Shown here in pieces: positions 61,307 through 64,000 of a stretch of 64,000 nucleotides of DNA. The translations under genes were made by a program, and so were the position numbers. The notes beneath the pieces were generated by a model. It saw only the letters and a list, made by a program, of their open reading frames with translations, searched no databases and had not been told where the DNA came from. Source of the stretch: Phaeosaccion multiseriatum (taxonomy: Eukaryota > Protista > Ochrophyta, other classes); the NCBI GenBank assembly GCA_965112735.1, contig OZ218957.1:3162001-3226000 (forward strand), read 5' to 3'. Position 1 is the first letter of the stretch; each line of letters begins with the position of its first letter.

Positions 61307-62507
61307 GGGCGGTCGTTGGAAGAAGTGAGTGTGGAGGCAGTGGTGTGAATGAAGGCAGTGCCCCCCCTCCTAAGGGAACAAAGTGACCTTCGGTCCTAAC
61401 TATAACTAACCCTGCTCTTGGGGCAGCATTCCATCCCAGCACGTCCGGCCCCACGATTGATATCATCCCACCCCCGCGCTCACAGCCCCACCCACACCCA
61501 CCCACTGACTTACTGAAACACATACACTGCCATCTCACTCCACCCCACCTGTAGCGCTCTGCCATGGCGTCTATGACGACCCTGCTGACGTCGATGTTGC
61601 TGAGGGTGGTGTAACCGTCCTCGTACATGTCTTCCGACAGACGGGAGTTGCCGCAGCCAAGCATCAGCAGGTTGTCGTTCTGTGTGGCCAGGGGGAGAGG
61701 AGGGGGAGAGGGGGGAGAGGGGGGAGAGGGGAGGGAGGGAGATTGGGGGGGAGGAGGGGGGAAGGGAGAGGGGGGAGAGGGAGAGAGAGAGAGAGAGGAG
61801 AGAGAGCGAGGAGGAGAGAGAGAGGAGAGAAAGAGGAGGAGAGAGAGGAGGAGAGAGAGAGGGAGGGGGGCAGTGAGTGGGTGGTGGGGGGTAGTAGGGA
61901 AGAAAGCACAGTCGAGTTAGAAGGAGGTAGGGCAGGTGTCTCACAGAGGAACCCACAGCCTCTGACTTTGAGAAGGAAAGAAACCGACTCATACAGGATG
62001 GCGGACCGAAGCTTCTTGTCAGTGGGAAAGTAATGTCAGAGTAAAGGAAGAGAGAGGAAAAGAGAGGGAGGGAGCGTATCCAAGCAGGGAGGAAACGCTT
62101 CATTTCAGGGGCAAAGCTGGCACTATAGCATTCACGCCTACACAAGCAGTCAAAGCGTTTTCAGGTGGATTCCCGGCTCTACTCTTGATGCAGACTGGCT
62201 CCTTCTGCTGCTGTGCCACTCTCTGTCTCTCTCTTCTCTCTCTTCTCTCAATTTTCTCCCTCTCTCTCCCTCACTCTCTTTAATTAAATAATATACACCT
62301 CTCTCTCTCTTTCCCCTCGCAAACGCTGTTCTCTCTCAGCGTTCCCCCCCCCTCCCTGGTCCCTCACCCTCCCCGTCCTCGGCCCACCTTCTTGATATAC
62401 TGAGAGAGCATGTCCTTCAGTCCGCTGTACCGCTGATACCAGTCAAAGGGCTCTGGATCCTTGGTGTACCTCTCGTCCCAGTACGAGGCCTTTCCGTACT
62501 CCGCCAT
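59613..62507 (-). CDS. EEF1A lysine methyltransferase 4 / METTL13-N-like class I SAM methyltransferase; exons 62388-62507, 61549-61679, 61099-61222, 60438-60536, 59613-59768
   Basis: YGKASYWDERY..DPEPFDWYQRY, LMLGCGNSRLSEDMYEDGY, SFDAVVDKACMDSVLCGE, EVSRVLQPNGIYFILSYG, HYIYVCKK. Confidence 0.92.
60259..60426. repeat. 12-bp intronic tandem repeat (catgactacaca)n
   Basis: Directly visible. Confidence 0.9.
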
Positions 62508-62812
62508 TGTGAGTGGTACCCCTTTCGCCCTCTCTCTGCTTGCCCTTCCCAACCCAGCGGTTCACCCTGTTCTCCTCGATTCAACTGAGAGAGAGCGGGA
62601 GAGAGAGAAGAGAGAAAAGATAGAAATATAGACAGGGAGAGAGAGACAAAGAGGGAGAGAGATAGAAGGAGAGGGAGAGAGAGTCACACACACACACAGA
62701 TGCAGCGGGAGGGAGGGAAGGAGAGAGGGGAGAGACACACAGAGGGGAGACAGTGTGTGAGAGTGAGAGAAAGAGGGAGGGAAGGAGGGGAGAGAGAGAG
62801 GGGAGAAAGAGG

Positions 62813-62869
<57 letters not shown>

Positions 62870-63799
62870 GGGAGAGAGGAGGAGGAGGAGGAGGAGGAGG
62901 AGGAGGAGGGGAGGGGGAACGGAAATCAGTGAGTGAAGTGAGTGGGGATGGCTTTGCTTCGTCCGTCAATCAGACTGCAAGTACATGTGACGGTGGTGTG
63001 CAGTGCCCGTTCCAATGCAAGCTATCAAGCTCACCAAGATGAGGAGGGATCCGTTCCTTTTTGACTCGAAAACAACTCGAAGGATGAGCGATTTCCCAAG
63101 TCAACAGCTTTCCCGAGGGGGTGTGAACGATCACACAGTCACACAGTCACGGTAGTGGTTCATCGGAGCGATGTGAGATATCGATGTCGGCCCTGTGCAT
63201 GGTTCGTTTCTCTGGTCCCTGACAGAAGCCAGGGGCTGGCCTGCGGCAAGAAGCCAGAGGCCAGAGGTGGCCTGAGCTACGGCAAGAAGCCAGGGAGGAG
63301 GAGCCAGAGAAACGGGAACGATGGAGAAACCGACGGAAGTACATGGTTGATCGGCCCTTCTGCTGCAGACGCATTGTCCTCGCTTCTTATTAATGCCCAA
63401 TAGTGCTAACAGGTCCCGTATTCTCTCGCGATCAAGAAGCCCCTAATAAATGAAGGATTTCTTGCCCGACTGTCTTCACCTCCTTCTCCTCCTCCTCCTC
63501 CTCCTCCTCCTCCTCGTCCTCGTCCTCGTCCTCCTCCTCCTCCTCCTCCTTCTGCTCCTCCTCCTCCTCCTCCTCCTCCTCCTCCTCCTCCTCCTCCTCC
63601 TCCTCCTCCTCGTCGTCGTCGTCGTCGTCCTACTACTCCTCCTTGTCCCCTCGAACCCCCATCCACGCGTGTAATGGATGGACCAACGCCAAACACAATT
63701 GGGTGGCCCATCCTTCAAATCCCATCACCAGCCCGGGGCACCAGACTCTGAAACGCCGGGTTGTGGGCTCTGCATTGCCTTGCCTTGCCTCAAACACAA

Positions 63800-63831
<32 letters not shown>

Positions 63832-63860
63832 AAAGACTTTGCGACAAAAGGACTACAGCA

Positions 63861-64000
63861 CTAAATCAGCATGGTCATGGGCTCTTGCACCAGTCCCTTG
63901 AAGGCCGCCAGCCATTGTGCACCCACCGCCCCGTCCACAACGCGGTGGTCGCAACTTAAGGTGGCCGTGAGCATGACGTTGAGCTGGTAGATCTCCTCGC
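63861..64000 (-). CDS. DLAT: 3' end of dihydrolipoamide acetyltransferase (pyruvate dehydrogenase E2), partial
   Basis: EEIYQLNVMLTATLSCDHRVVDGAVGAQWLAAFKGLVQEPMTMLI*, containing the catalytic DHRxxDG motif. Confidence 0.9.
   Translation of the reverse strand, partial: EEIYQLNVMLTATLSCDHRVVDGAVGAQWLAAFKGLVQEPMTMLI

Noticed and set aside
61391-61412. cggtcctaactataac, reminiscent of the LSU rRNA / I-CeuI site
   Set aside because: The pieces are in permuted order, short and intronic, with no rRNA context.

Overview
Eukaryotic, intron-rich and microsatellite-rich nuclear DNA, most likely from a photosynthetic stramenopile (ochrophyte alga). Two genes carry signal peptide + 'AA-F' bipartite plastid-targeting presequences, and the metallothionein domains resemble the brown-algal type. 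Most six-frame ORFs are simple-repeat artefacts, so genes were assembled by hand from GT/GC-AG spliced exons. In order: a 3'-truncated VPS13/chorein-N protein with a C2-like domain (-), a Golgi-type sulfotransferase (-), a low-complexity hypothetical protein (-), a plastid-targeted condensation/AATase-type acyltransferase (-), V-ATPase subunit H (-), APRT (+), a membrane-anchored subtilase with cytosolic C2H2 fingers and a UIM-like helix (+), a secreted 4xFAS1 protein (-), an At5g03900-like plastid protein (+), alpha-tubulin acetyltransferase (+), a tandem pair of 4-exon three-domain metallothionein genes not recovered by the ORF track (-), a TIR-bounded element plus a ~600-bp foldback hairpin, SPF30/SMNDC1 (+), an EEF1AKMT4-like methyltransferase with a GC-AG intron (-), and the 3' end of PDH E2 (-). 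The most notable items are the duplicated metallothionein locus with conserved upstream blocks, the receptor-like subtilase, and introns bracketed by complementary simple-repeat arms.
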